A stretch of 64,000 nucleotides of DNA from Candidatus Binatia bacterium (GTDB taxonomy: Bacteria > Desulfobacterota > Binatia > UBA9968 > CAXXLF01): NCBI GenBank assembly GCA_963664015.2, contig CAXXLF010000001.1, forward strand, positions 416,001-480,000. Reading direction: 5' to 3'. Of the stretch, positions 1 to 10,262 are shown one piece after another (position 1 is the stretch's first letter; each line of letters begins with the position of its first letter). Position numbers and translations under genes: made by a program. The notes below the pieces were generated by a model. That model worked only from the letters and a program-made list of their open reading frames with translations. It ran no database searches and was not told where the DNA came from.

Positions 1-441
1 ATATCCTCCGTCACGCCCCACGATGCCATAAATGACCACTCCACGGCGCTTGGCCTCATCCAAACCTCTCACGATATTTGGGCTCACGTTCTTATCCGCA
101 TCCCCACCACCAACGGAGAGCACTAAGATAGCATCCTTTTCATTGGCCTTGCTCGTTTGCAGCCATGCCTCGAAGACCGAAGCCCAACCCTCGTCATTGG
201 TTCTAGCGGTCAATTCGGCTACGTTATCGCAAGGACTGTATGCTTCAATACCAGCAAGCTTCCGGAAATCGCCTGCAGCATGACTACAATTTGCGGCGCT
301 CCCGCCGACCCCAAGCAAGAAGAGCCGCCCGCCGCGCGCGCGGAGACTGACCAGCCCCACCACCATCCGGTCTAGGATTTCATAGTCGATCGCGAGGGCG
401 ATCTGAGCAGCCTGTTCGAGATACTTCTGGGTGTGAGACAT
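1..441 (-). CDS. gmhA: SIS-domain sugar isomerase (phosphoheptose isomerase GmhA-like), runs off window edge
   Basis: Manual translation from ATG at 441: MSHTQKYLEQAAQIA...GRLFLLGVGGSAANCSHAAGDFRK...ELTARTNDEGW...LSVGGG...GIVGRDGGY; not in the ORF track because it is truncated. Confidence 0.8.
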   Translation of the reverse strand, partial: MSHTQKYLEQAAQIALAIDYEILDRMVVGLVSLRARGGRLFLLGVGGSAANCSHAAGDFRKLAGIEAYSPCDNVAELTARTNDEGWASVFEAWLQTSKANEKDAILVLSVGGGDADKNVSPNIVRGLDEAKRRGVVIYGIVGRDGGY

Positions 442-458
442 TTCTGTAACGGGAGATT

Positions 459-1655
459 TTAGACCGCATTACGGGCTTTTTGGAAGACCCCGATCACCCG
501 CTCCTGGTCGCAACGGCTCAAGTTGACCGAACTGGGGAGGCTTAATGAGTTGCGGTAAATGTTCGCCGCATTATCACACCGATAAGACTGGCATCCTTTA
601 TGCGCCGGAGATAGATGTAGTGGCTGCCAGAGCGGTCTCGTTTCGACCCCAAACTTCGCAAAGCAGTTCATCAATCCGTTTCGATCCATTCCAAAACGTC
701 CGCCATCGACTAAAACCGTATACATCCAAAAGGTGCCGGCGGCCCAGGGGGCCTCAGACATACCAGTCACACCAGGGATCGCAGGCAAGGCCATCATATA
801 AGCTGAGGCGATGCTACGCTTAGCGGCAACGTAGTCCACTAATTTTTCCATCTGGGCACAGCCCAATGCGGCCTGGACATTGGTAAGCCGGTAGTTAAAC
901 CCGATTTCATGATGAATATATTCGACGGGATCGTCTTTGGCCTGCGTTGTAAGGTATTTGGCCCTGCGGGCCCACTCGGCGCTCTCCGTAATTAACATTC
1001 CGCCGCCACCCGTCGTTATAATTTTGTTCCCATTAAAGCTGAGACAGGCAATATCCCCGAGACAACCGATCATTCGTCCTTTATAGCGCCCCCCCAGGCT
1101 TTCGGTGGCATCCTCAATAACCGCAAGCTCGTATTTGTGAGCCGCTTCCATAATGGGGTCCATGTCACAGGGATGACCGAGGATGTGAACCGGGAGGACG
1201 GCCTTGACTCTCCGGCCCGTTCTCTTATTGCGGAGCTCATGATTGTGCCACCGGCATTCGTTGTTCAGAAAATCCAGCAGCTTGTCGGGATCCATTTGCC
1301 AGTAATCAGGTTCGGCGTCCATGAAAACCGGCCAGGCCCCTATATATCGGGCCGCATTCGCAGGGGCGATAAAGCTCAACGCCGACATGACGACCTCGTC
1401 ATCGGGTTGGACACCCGCCACTACCAATGCGACATGAAGAGCCGCCGTCCCGCTCACCGTTGCCACCGAATGACTTGCACCCAGATAACCGGCCACCATT
1501 CGCTCGAAGCGATCGACGAAAGGACCCACGGAGGACACGAAATTCGTATCGAGACACTCCTTCACGTAATTCCATTCGTTGCCCCGGATCATCGGAACGC
1601 AAAGCGGTATCGGGCTCTCCGTGGCGGAAGAAAAAGGCTCAGGTAACGTAGACAC
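459..1655 (-). CDS. legC: LegC-family PLP aminotransferase (DegT/DnrJ/EryC1/StrS)
   Basis: FVSSVGPFVDRFE, SGTAALH, EDATESLG and SFNGNKIITTGGGG motifs; nonulosonate gene context. Confidence 0.85.
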   Translation of the reverse strand: MSTLPEPFSSATESPIPLCVPMIRGNEWNYVKECLDTNFVSSVGPFVDRFERMVAGYLGASHSVATVSGTAALHVALVVAGVQPDDEVVMSALSFIAPANAARYIGAWPVFMDAEPDYWQMDPDKLLDFLNNECRWHNHELRNKRTGRRVKAVLPVHILGHPCDMDPIMEAAHKYELAVIEDATESLGGRYKGRMIGCLGDIACLSFNGNKIITTGGGGMLITESAEWARRAKYLTTQAKDDPVEYIHHEIGFNYRLTNVQAALGCAQMEKLVDYVAAKRSIASAYMMALPAIPGVTGMSEAPWAAGTFWMYTVLVDGGRFGMDRNGLMNCFAKFGVETRPLWQPLHLSPAHKGCQSYRCDNAANIYRNSLSLPSSVNLSRCDQERVIGVFQKARNAV

Positions 1656-2625
1656 CGGGCCGGTACCTTTCTATATTTCTTTCCATCCACTGGATAGTGA
1701 GCCTCAGACCCTGCTCGAGGCTTACTTCCGGCGCCCACCGTAAAATCGTCCTGGCCAGAGTATTGTCGGCAAGCAACCGTTGAACTTCACTGGGCTCGGG
1801 GCGGAGACGCGCAGGGTCCGTGCGAACGACGATATGCTTGCCCATCAGGGAACCGATCAGCTGAGCCAGCTCACCGATACTGATCTCCCGTCCGGAACCC
1901 AGATTGATGGTCTTGCCGACGGCCTCAGGCACAGAAGCAGCCTTAACGAAACCATCCACGATATTGGTGACAAAGTTCAGGTCCCGCGTAGGTTCTAGAC
2001 TTCCGAGGCAAACAATGTCTCCCATGAGACACTGCATAATGATCGTCGGAATCACTGCGCGCGCCGATTGTCGCGGGCCAAAAGCGTTGAAGGGCCGCAC
2101 TGTTACAACCGGCAGGTCGAAGGCCAAATGAAAAGCCTCCGCCATCTTATCCGCCCCGATTTTCGATGCCGAATACGGCGATTGCCCCTTCAGCGAATGC
2201 CCCTCATTGATAGGAACAAAGCTGGCAGTTCCGTACACTTCGCTGGTCGACGTGTGAACCACGCGTTCGACACCGAGATCGTGGGCCGCCTGGAGGATAT
2301 TAAGCGTTCCTTCGATATTGGTCCTGACATAGGACAGAGGTGCATCATACGAGTAAGGGATCCCGATAAGTGCCGCTAGATGAAAAACAATCTGCATTCC
2401 CTGCATCGACCGGCGAACACAATCACCATCCCTGACGTCACCCAAAACGACCTCAATCTTGCTTTTCAGGTCGGACGCCTCCAAACATCCCCAGGAATTG
2501 TCGGATCGGTAATGGACCAAAGCGCGTGCGTCGGCCCCTAACTCGACAAGTCTCTCCGTCAGGTGACTTCCGATAAACCCGCCGGCACCGGTAACCAAAA
2601 CTCGTTTTCCACGAAGTCCAGACAT
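1639..2625 (-). CDS. legB: NAD-dependent 4,6-dehydratase, LegB-like
   Basis: GAGGFIG, HLAALIGIPYSY, TSTSEVYG, YSASK; start moved to ATG at 2625 (MSGLRGKRVLVTG). Confidence 0.8.
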   Translation of the reverse strand: MSGLRGKRVLVTGAGGFIGSHLTERLVELGADARALVHYRSDNSWGCLEASDLKSKIEVVLGDVRDGDCVRRSMQGMQIVFHLAALIGIPYSYDAPLSYVRTNIEGTLNILQAAHDLGVERVVHTSTSEVYGTASFVPINEGHSLKGQSPYSASKIGADKMAEAFHLAFDLPVVTVRPFNAFGPRQSARAVIPTIIMQCLMGDIVCLGSLEPTRDLNFVTNIVDGFVKAASVPEAVGKTINLGSGREISIGELAQLIGSLMGKHIVVRTDPARLRPEPSEVQRLLADNTLARTILRWAPEVSLEQGLRLTIQWMERNIERYRPGVYVT

Positions 2626-2633
2626 AAAATAGG

Positions 2634-3671
2634 TTAGGAACCTCCTTGCTGCGCCTTCTTTAATTGCTCGCGCTGTCCGATATCCATCCATTCCTCCTGA
2701 ATCTCGAAAGCACCGATCGCCTCGCCGCGTGCCAAACATTGCTCAAAAAGATCGGTGATAGGGAGAAATCTCTTTGGGACGCTCTCAACGACCTCGGGAG
2801 AAAGAACGTAAACTCCTGCATTGATGACTTGTTCTAAGACTGGTTTTTCTTCAAAACGCTGAACGCGATCGCCGTCCAATTGCAGGCATCCAAAGGGAAC
2901 CTGATGGGAGTAACGCCGGACACCCAGTGTAGCGCGAAATTTCCCGTTCGTATGGAAATCCAGCATACTCTCTAAATTCACCTGGGTTACAAGATCTCCG
3001 TTAAGAATCACCAAGGGATTCTGCGGCCTTTCCCGCAACAAGGCCAATGCCCCTCCGGTCCCCAGGGGCTCGGCCTCACGTAGGTATTGGATGTCGCACC
3101 CGAACCGTGTGCCGTCTCCAAAATGCTGCTCAATCATGCATCCCATATAGTGGATAGCAAAAAACACTTTTTTGATTCCGAAACCCAGCAGGTGCAAAAG
3201 CAAGCGTTCTAGAATCGGCCTACCTGCAACCTTGATCATTGATTTGGGAAGGTGTTCCGTAAGCGGATGAAGTCGTGATCCTCTGCCGCCCGCCATAACA
3301 ACGGCCCAATTGGGACGCTCAACCGTACCAATAATCTCACGCAATAAATGCAAGCCCAAAATCCTTCCCGCCCTGTCGACAATGGGCACCTGGGTCAACT
3401 GCCGAGCCTGCATTAAATCGAGTACTTCCGCACGACCCGATTCGGGACCGACCACTGCAAAATCTCGCTGAAGGTGGGGGACCGATGGCGAATCCAAAGA
3501 GGCTCCGTTTAATAGCGCGCGACGAATATCACCATCGGTGAGCGTACCGATTAGAAGAGATTTTTTATCTACGACTAACACGATGCCCGCCGAGTTTCGG
3601 TCAATACAGGCCATCGCCTCTCGTATGGAATTGTCAGCTGGGACACATATAGCCGAAAGATCTGTAATCAT
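2634..3671 (-). CDS. CBS-domain sugar-1-phosphate nucleotidyltransferase (PtmE/LegX-like)
   Basis: N-terminal CBS pair (GTLTDGDIRR), then MAGGRGSRLHPLT, LGTGGAL, LNGDL. Confidence 0.85.
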   Translation of the reverse strand: MITDLSAICVPADNSIREAMACIDRNSAGIVLVVDKKSLLIGTLTDGDIRRALLNGASLDSPSVPHLQRDFAVVGPESGRAEVLDLMQARQLTQVPIVDRAGRILGLHLLREIIGTVERPNWAVVMAGGRGSRLHPLTEHLPKSMIKVAGRPILERLLLHLLGFGIKKVFFAIHYMGCMIEQHFGDGTRFGCDIQYLREAEPLGTGGALALLRERPQNPLVILNGDLVTQVNLESMLDFHTNGKFRATLGVRRYSHQVPFGCLQLDGDRVQRFEEKPVLEQVINAGVYVLSPEVVESVPKRFLPITDLFEQCLARGEAIGAFEIQEEWMDIGQREQLKKAQQGGS

Positions 3672-3793
3672 CGAAATTCAGAGACGATACGCCTCTCGAT
3701 CAAAAATGACTGAATGATAAGAGTCGCGACCGAATAGGACCGGGTGTCACTTAAGTTTGGGATGAAGATGCAAATAAAGCCAGGGTCAACAAG

Positions 3794-4996
3794 TTAGGAG
3801 ACTTGGTTTCGTAGGCTCCACTTACTGTTAACCCGCTCCCAAAGATGGGGGGAGCGATAGAGGTCAACGATACGATGAAATTCCTGGTCCGAAATACCAA
3901 CATACTCCAAACATTTTTGAAAATGGTGGCTTGGAAACTCACCATCGAATCGTCGAATCAGATTAACGGCTTCTTCTCGCGTGAGGTGACCGTCGCGCAC
4001 TTCGTGTGCCGCATCTGAAGTGCACCGGCCGACACCGAACTTTATAAAGGCAAGATAATAATGCCAGCCGTCTAACTTATCGTCCAGGCTTGCATACTTA
4101 GAATAAGTCCCCTCCGAACGCCCCTCGGAGTTGGCTTGGAACCCTGCATGTTCGGTGGCATAATAATAATTTTCCTGAGGCACCCATTTTTGGTAATAAG
4201 AGAACCAGTGCATCTGGACGCCTCTACCCCGCAGAGCTGAAATCTCCGGCGGCTGGTAGAAGGTTAAATCGCTAGGAGACTGATCCCCATCACTCAGTAA
4301 CCCTCGTTGCTGTCCCCATTGAATCAGATCATGTACAGTCACACCCTTGAAGTAAACTTCCGCCCAATCTTCCAAAGGCATGCTCGAGCTATAATTATGC
4401 TTTGAAGCGCCCCCATATTCCGCTTCGCCGTTCTCTCCAAAAAAGACCAACTGGATGTCGTGTTGAAGCGCAACGTGGAACGCAAAACACATCTGGCCAT
4501 AGATAAACGGGAGAAACACGTCACCCACAGCCTCGAAAGCAACGCGAGCCAACTTACGATGCAGATGGCCATTAGGCGATCCCTTTATATTTGTAAAGCC
4601 TGAAAGGACGAAATTTTCGTAGTTGATCCGGCCGATATCCGTATACATAAAGGGTGCCCAGGTCACTGTCAGCGGGTGCATACGGAAAACATGTTTGAGC
4701 TTATGAGCTACCATGGTGGAATCCTTGCCCCCGCTGCAAGGGACAATAACGTCATAACGACCGTCGCTACGGCGATATTGATCGCAGAGTCTCCTCAATT
4801 CCTCTTCGCGATCTCCCCAAACAATCCGATGCTGTTTTTCCTGCGCGAAACGGCAGGCACTGCACACGCCGTGTTCATCAAAGGTGATACGCGGCCTCTG
4901 ATTTGACATAACGCAACTTCGACAAAAACGCACCTCCCTGGGTTGATTATGAAGTTGACTGTCGATCGTATCCCGGATTTTATCCATGGCACTCAA
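3794..4996 (-). CDS. N-acetyl sugar amidotransferase (WbuX/PseA-like, PP-loop)
   Basis: CRSCVMSNQRPRI, SGGKDS PP-loop, KFGVGR; adjacent to hisH/hisF paralogues. Confidence 0.85.
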   Translation of the reverse strand: MSAMDKIRDTIDSQLHNQPREVRFCRSCVMSNQRPRITFDEHGVCSACRFAQEKQHRIVWGDREEELRRLCDQYRRSDGRYDVIVPCSGGKDSTMVAHKLKHVFRMHPLTVTWAPFMYTDIGRINYENFVLSGFTNIKGSPNGHLHRKLARVAFEAVGDVFLPFIYGQMCFAFHVALQHDIQLVFFGENGEAEYGGASKHNYSSSMPLEDWAEVYFKGVTVHDLIQWGQQRGLLSDGDQSPSDLTFYQPPEISALRGRGVQMHWFSYYQKWVPQENYYYATEHAGFQANSEGRSEGTYSKYASLDDKLDGWHYYLAFIKFGVGRCTSDAAHEVRDGHLTREEAVNLIRRFDGEFPSHHFQKCLEYVGISDQEFHRIVDLYRSPHLWERVNSKWSLRNQVS

Positions 4997-5687
4997 CTCC
5001 CTTTGAAGTTAGGACCGAATGTGTCAGATTGCGATAAATTTGCAGGCCCGCCACCCCACTCCGTTCGGGATGGAACTGGCAGGCAAAGACGTTTCGCCTT
5101 TGGAGACTTGAGCAAAATTCGATATGACCGTAACGAGAGGTGGACAGAACAACGGAGGGGTCCGTAGGGCGAACGTAAAAGGAATGAACAAAATAAAAGA
5201 ATTCTCCTTCCCCCAGCCCCCCTAAAGGTGTGTCGATCCAGACATCATGTTCGACCGTCCCACAGTCTGAGCGAAAAATTTGATTCCACTGCACTTGGGG
5301 TACTTTAAGGACGCGATTTCCCTCGGAAGGAGACTCAAACGGTAATACCGAGCCCTCAATGATATCCAAGCCTCGGTGAAGACCGAACTCGGAACTCTCA
5401 CTCATCAGCAACTGGGTCCCGAGGCAGATGCCTACCAATGGCTTACCGGACTCGGCGATGTCCTGCAAGACACTGACCAGATTGAGCCGGCGAAGCGTCG
5501 CCATAGCATCACCGAAAGCTCCAACACCGGGAAGAATAACCACGTCTGCCTTAAGAATGTCCTCCTTTTGGGAACTCATAACCACATCCATGCCGGCGTA
5601 CTCGCAGGCGCGCCCTACATTAAAAAGATTGCCGAGACCGTAGTCCACGACCGTAGCCTTAACTTTTCCCCCTGGGGGCCCCATCAT
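4980..5687 (-). CDS. hisH: HisH-like glutamine amidotransferase subunit (glycan-locus paralogue, WbuY-like)
   Basis: DYGLGNL, LPGVGAF, GICLG, YFVHSF, QFHPE. Confidence 0.85.
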   Translation of the reverse strand: MMGPPGGKVKATVVDYGLGNLFNVGRACEYAGMDVVMSSQKEDILKADVVILPGVGAFGDAMATLRRLNLVSVLQDIAESGKPLVGICLGTQLLMSESSEFGLHRGLDIIEGSVLPFESPSEGNRVLKVPQVQWNQIFRSDCGTVEHDVWIDTPLGGLGEGEFFYFVHSFYVRPTDPSVVLSTSRYGHIEFCSSLQRRNVFACQFHPERSGVAGLQIYRNLTHSVLTSKGVECHG

Positions 5688-5718
5688 GATGCCTCAACCT
5701 TTGGAAACCCGCCGAAAG

Positions 5719-6576
5719 TTACCGGCGGCAACTGGTACCGTGCCCGATGAGGTATTCCTTGATCTCGGGAAGCGTAGTCTCTTTGAGGTTACGAAAACTA
5801 CCCCTGCTACGCAGGTATTCGATATTCCCTTCTCTAGCAAAATCGCTTTCCTGATACTCGTTTTGCTTAAGGTATTGATAGTGAATCAGGGAACCGATAC
5901 AAACGGCATCCGCACGCCCCTCAACGACTGCTTCCTGAATATGGGATAAATTGCCGGCTCCTCCAGCTGAGATCACCGGGATGGGAACCGAGTCGGCAAC
6001 CTTTCGCGTCAACTCCAGCTCAAACCCCCTCCCGGTACCATCCCGGTCGATAGAGGTGAGCAAAAGCTCTCCAGCACCCAAATCCGCCGCCCGCTTCGCC
6101 CAATCTACAGCATCCAGGCCAGTACTCTGTCGCCCATAATCCACGTAGGCCTCGTAGGTGCCGTTTGGTTTTCGGATCGCCTCGACCGAAACGACGATCG
6201 TCGACGAACCGAAAGTCTGCGAGGCTTCCCGAATCAGTTCAGGTCGGCTTATCGCCGCCGTATTCATAGAAACCTTGTCTGCCCCGGCTCGCAAGACCCT
6301 GCGTATGTCTTCGACACTCCGCAATCCTCCGCCGACGGTAAGAGGGATGAAAATTTTCGCCGAAGTACGTTCTACTATGTCGAGTAGGCTATTCCGTCCG
6401 TAAAGACTGGCGACGGCATCGATATAAATCAACTCATCGGCGCCATCCACGTAATAGTGGTGGGCAAAATCCTCAGGTTTGCCCAAGACCCTTAGCCCTT
6501 CGAAATGAACACCCTTCACCAGATTGGGTCCTTTGATATCTAGACGTGGAATAATACGGATATTCACTTTTAGCAC
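5719..6576 (-). CDS. hisF: HisF-like cyclase subunit (glycan-locus paralogue, WbuZ-like)
   Basis: RIIPRLDIKGPNLVKG, VGGGLRS, TSIDRDGT. Confidence 0.85.
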   Translation of the reverse strand: MLKVNIRIIPRLDIKGPNLVKGVHFEGLRVLGKPEDFAHHYYVDGADELIYIDAVASLYGRNSLLDIVERTSAKIFIPLTVGGGLRSVEDIRRVLRAGADKVSMNTAAISRPELIREASQTFGSSTIVVSVEAIRKPNGTYEAYVDYGRQSTGLDAVDWAKRAADLGAGELLLTSIDRDGTGRGFELELTRKVADSVPIPVISAGGAGNLSHIQEAVVEGRADAVCIGSLIHYQYLKQNEYQESDFAREGNIEYLRSRGSFRNLKETTLPEIKEYLIGHGTSCRR

Positions 6577-6614
6577 CTCGGTTTATTTGTGAATCGGGCA
6601 AGCGTTCTGCTTCC

Positions 6615-7277
6615 TCAATGATTCAAAACTCGCGCCGGCACACCCACCACGACGGTCCAAGGGGCCACATCCCTGACCACAACAGCCCCCGCGCCGACGA
6701 TGGCTCCTTCGCCAATCGATACACCATTGAGCACGGTTGCACCGGCCCCCACATGGGATTGACGCCCCAGGGATACCGCTCCCCCTAAACGGGCTCCGGT
6801 TGCAACATGAGCGTGATCACCCACGGAGCAGTCGTGCTCTACGATCGCCCCCGTGTTTACAATAACGTTTACACCCAAAACAGCGCCAACATTGACCACG
6901 GCACCGGGAAAGACGACCGATCCTCCTCCTACCTTGGCCAAGGAGGAGCAAATCGCAGAGGGATGAGAAACTGTCAGTGGAGTTAACCCGTTGCTCGATG
7001 CCAGCTCAAAAATTTGGCGACGCGGCGCATTGTTTCCTACACCACCGACCCCGACCACAAAATATGGGATCCCCTGCTTTGCCAGCATCGGTAAGAGATC
7101 GTCTCCACCCTGGATAGGGACACCCGAGAGGTCTTTACCCCACAGAGTCGTATCACAATCAAGCACAACATATGGTTTTGCAACCCTACTGGCCCTTATA
7201 CAATCTATAAGCACGCGAGCATGCCCACCACCACCCAAAACTACACAAAGAGAGTCATGGCTCGAATCCACGGACAA
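6615..7277 (-). CDS. NeuD/PglD/LegH-family hexapeptide-repeat acetyltransferase
   Basis: GGGGHARV, HPSA, NTGAIVEHDC, GVPAR; left-handed beta-helix repeats. Confidence 0.85.
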   Translation of the reverse strand: MSVDSSHDSLCVVLGGGGHARVLIDCIRASRVAKPYVVLDCDTTLWGKDLSGVPIQGGDDLLPMLAKQGIPYFVVGVGGVGNNAPRRQIFELASSNGLTPLTVSHPSAICSSLAKVGGGSVVFPGAVVNVGAVLGVNVIVNTGAIVEHDCSVGDHAHVATGARLGGAVSLGRQSHVGAGATVLNGVSIGEGAIVGAGAVVVRDVAPWTVVVGVPARVLNH

Positions 7278-7297
7278 GTCCTTTGAATATTCCCTGT

Positions 7298-8461
7298 TCA
7301 GGTTGAGATTGGAACGTCCAAGAAGGTTTTGACCAATAAGCGATTATCCAAAGTCGTTTCCTTGAGATGTCCTATAATGATCCTTGCCGCATCCCCGCTG
7401 CCGTAGGGGTTTTTCATACCACGCAAACCGCCGCGGAATTCTGGGGAAACCGCACTTCTAATCCCATTGGCGATTTCATCGTGCCCATTCCCCACGTCGA
7501 TCACATTGATCGCCCGAATCCGACCCCGCTGGCGGCCACCGATGTTTACAACCGGGAGTTCAAAGGAGGGAGCTTCGATGATTCCACTCGATGAATTTCC
7601 AACCATCACAGCGGCTACCGACATCAGGCTAAAGTACGCATGGGATCCTAGATTGGCAAAGAATCTAGCATGAGGATTGGAGCTAACAAAATCTACTATC
7701 AGGCGTGTTATAATCCGACCATTAGTATCCGCATTGGCCATAGTAAATACCATAGGCATGTCAAAAGTACTCAAAGCCAATAGGAGTTCTCGCACCTGCC
7801 TTTCAGCCTCCTCGTACTCCAGCGAAACAGGATGGTAGGTCACGAGAAGGGGAGGTTTATTTAAGCCGATGCCAAGCCGCTCCTCAAGCTCGGCATGGGT
7901 CAAGAGTGTGGTATGACGAATATTATCGAGGCCGGGAGAACCGGACACGATGACTCGCCAGGGTTCCTCGCCCATTTGGCCCACACGCCTGCCGTATTCC
8001 CTATTCGCCACGAAATGCAAATGACTCAGCTTTGTAATAGAATGGCGCAATGCATTGTCAATCGCCCCCTCGGTAATTTCTCCTCCGTGAATGTGGGCAA
8101 CCGGGATTTTGAAAGGGAGTGAGGCCAGAACCGCAGCATGCATTTCAAATCGATCTCCTAATACAAGTAAGATATCGGGCCTAAAACGTGCGTAGGATTG
8201 TGCGAATCCTATTGTTCCCAAACCCATAGACTTTACAATAGCTTCGGGTGTGTCGGAAGAAAGCAACATCTCTATACGGTCACCAATCTCAAAGCCATCG
8301 GCCTCAATGGAATGGACCGTCAATCCAAACTCCGGTGACAAATGCGTCCCGGAGACTAAAAGATGAAGATGGAGGTCGGGGTCTTCCCGAATCTTTCTCA
8401 ATATTTGGAGATAGAAACCATAATCGGAGCGGCCAACGGTGACGATGCCGATGCTTCTCAC
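7298..8461 (-). CDS. neuC: Hydrolysing NDP-GlcNAc 2-epimerase (NeuC/LegG)
   Basis: RSDYG, LGDRFE, HIHGGE, GNSSSG, NPYGSG. Confidence 0.9.
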   Translation of the reverse strand: MRSIGIVTVGRSDYGFYLQILRKIREDPDLHLHLLVSGTHLSPEFGLTVHSIEADGFEIGDRIEMLLSSDTPEAIVKSMGLGTIGFAQSYARFRPDILLVLGDRFEMHAAVLASLPFKIPVAHIHGGEITEGAIDNALRHSITKLSHLHFVANREYGRRVGQMGEEPWRVIVSGSPGLDNIRHTTLLTHAELEERLGIGLNKPPLLVTYHPVSLEYEEAERQVRELLLALSTFDMPMVFTMANADTNGRIITRLIVDFVSSNPHARFFANLGSHAYFSLMSVAAVMVGNSSSGIIEAPSFELPVVNIGGRQRGRIRAINVIDVGNGHDEIANGIRSAVSPEFRGGLRGMKNPYGSGDAARIIIGHLKETTLDNRLLVKTFLDVPIST

Positions 8462-9513
8462 GCCAGCATCTCTAAAGTTAGTAGCGTCCCCGCTGGAATA
8501 TCCTGTATTGCCTTCCGGCCGAGCAGGCGTGAGAGTACCACTGGAGGAAGGCCCGTTCCAGGACGCATGAAAGCTATCAGCTCTTCCGTCAATACGGTTC
8601 CTTCGGCAATATGGTGTGCAGATACGATGCTCTTACGCGAAACCATGGCCGTGTCAATCTCGCAGGGCGCCGGCTCCTTGCGTCCATGCCCAAGCGCAGC
8701 CTCGACCGTACGGATTCCCTGCACCAAAGCCGTCATCCCATTTGGTTCCAGAGAAACCTTGTGGTCCGGGCCCGGCAAATTCCGATCCAACGTAAAATGC
8801 TTCTCAATCACGCAGGCCCCCAGGGCCGTGGCGGCCAAGGCAATCTGATCCCCCAGGGTGTGATCTGAATACCCGACCGGAACACCAAAGGTTTCTGCCA
8901 GAGTCAGCATGGCACGTAGATTCACCTGAGTGGGGTCCGCTGGATAAGCACTCACGCAATGGAGTAGAACCAATTGGGTATTTCCCGCTTTACGTATCGT
9001 AGTAACCGCTGATTCAACCTCCCTCAGTTCCGACATCCCGGTAGAAATGATCATTGGCCTACCTTTCCGCGCCACATGTTCAAGGAAAGAAATGTTGGTA
9101 ATTTCTCCCGACGGGATTTTAAAGGCCTGAACGCCAAGCTCTTCCAGGAAATTCGCACTTTCCTCATCGAATGGAGTGGATAGAAACAGTATGTCCCGTT
9201 CCCGGCAACGCTCCCGCAACACCCGGTGCGCCTCCGGAGAGAGCTCTAGCCGTTTCAGTAGTTGCAATTGAGATTCATCAAAACCGGCCGCTGGCTTTTG
9301 GTATTCCGCCAATGGCGCGGCTGCTGTGACGATTCTTTCCGCCCGAAAGGTTTGGAACTTGATGGCATCCACTCCCGCCGTCTTGGCAGCATCAACCATT
9401 CTAGAAGCCAACTCCCAACTACCATTATGATTGACGCCCGCCTCTGCAATGATGAAGCAAGGTTGACCAGGGCCCACTTTTCGACCTGCTATATCAATAG
9501 AAGGAGGAACCAC
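8458..9513 (-). CDS. neuB: Nonulosonic acid synthase (NeuB/LegI) with C-terminal SAF domain
   Basis: IIAEAGVNHNG, KFQTF, STPFD, GYSDHT, IEKHFTLD, RPGTG; probable GTG start at 9513. Confidence 0.9.
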   Translation of the reverse strand: MVPPSIDIAGRKVGPGQPCFIIAEAGVNHNGSWELASRMVDAAKTAGVDAIKFQTFRAERIVTAAAPLAEYQKPAAGFDESQLQLLKRLELSPEAHRVLRERCRERDILFLSTPFDEESANFLEELGVQAFKIPSGEITNISFLEHVARKGRPMIISTGMSELREVESAVTTIRKAGNTQLVLLHCVSAYPADPTQVNLRAMLTLAETFGVPVGYSDHTLGDQIALAATALGACVIEKHFTLDRNLPGPDHKVSLEPNGMTALVQGIRTVEAALGHGRKEPAPCEIDTAMVSRKSIVSAHHIAEGTVLTEELIAFMRPGTGLPPVVLSRLLGRKAIQDIPAGTLLTLEMLA

Positions 9514-10198
9514 GTTGATCCTTGAGAATAAGCTCGGCCAAATAGAACTCCCATGGGGTATCAATATCCAGCGATTTTTCCGGAGGCATGAGATACCCAA
9601 ATGTCCGCTCTGGGAAAAAGGTCTTTTCCTTTAAAACGACCGATGATCTGACTAGATAGATAGCACCATTCAGTTGATACACAGGCCTTGCGTCCTGTCG
9701 CCGGGAGGGTCCAGCTCCAGTTTGCCAAGGTAACAACTCTCTATTGGGACCTAAATTTTTAAACCATTGAAATGGGTGGGAAGTTTCACAAACACTTACA
9801 ACAGCATCTGCCCTCTTATCTCTCTGCAGAGCAATAGCCGCTTCTATATCTTCAGCCGACCGTAAAGGAGAGCTCGGCTGAAGCAACAGCACGAATTCCA
9901 CCTGAGAACGCTCGTTTTGCTGCAGCCAGCTTAACGCATGTAACGCTACATCTTCCGAACTAGCAGTATCGGAAGCTAACTCGAGGGGGCGAAGAAAGGG
10001 TACTTGCGCGCCGTTTTTCCGGGCAACCTGGGCAATTTCCTCATCATCGGTCGAGGTCAAAACAAGATCCACACTCCGAGCTGCCAACGCAGCTTCGATG
10101 GTCCAAGCAATCAACGGCTTACCCGCTAAAAGTTTTATATTTTTACGAGGGATGCCCTTGGACCCTCCTCGTGCGGGAAGCACAGCGACTATGCTCAT
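9494..10198 (-). CDS. neuA: CMP-nonulosonate synthetase (NeuA/LegF)
   Basis: PARGGSKGIPRKN, LQPSSPLR, RRQD, DIDT. Confidence 0.9.
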   Translation of the reverse strand: MSIVAVLPARGGSKGIPRKNIKLLAGKPLIAWTIEAALAARSVDLVLTSTDDEEIAQVARKNGAQVPFLRPLELASDTASSEDVALHALSWLQQNERSQVEFVLLLQPSSPLRSAEDIEAAIALQRDKRADAVVSVCETSHPFQWFKNLGPNRELLPWQTGAGPSRRQDARPVYQLNGAIYLVRSSVVLKEKTFFPERTFGYLMPPEKSLDIDTPWEFYLAELILKDQRGSSFY

Positions 10199-10262
10199 TC
10201 CAATCTACAAAGCATCCTACGACAGGATCGTGTTGCGAAAACTCGATTTTGCAAGATGGCCT

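Noticed and set aside
4980-6576. Histidine biosynthesis operon
   Set aside because: Only hisH/hisF paralogues next to a WbuX-type gene in a glycan locus; no other his genes.
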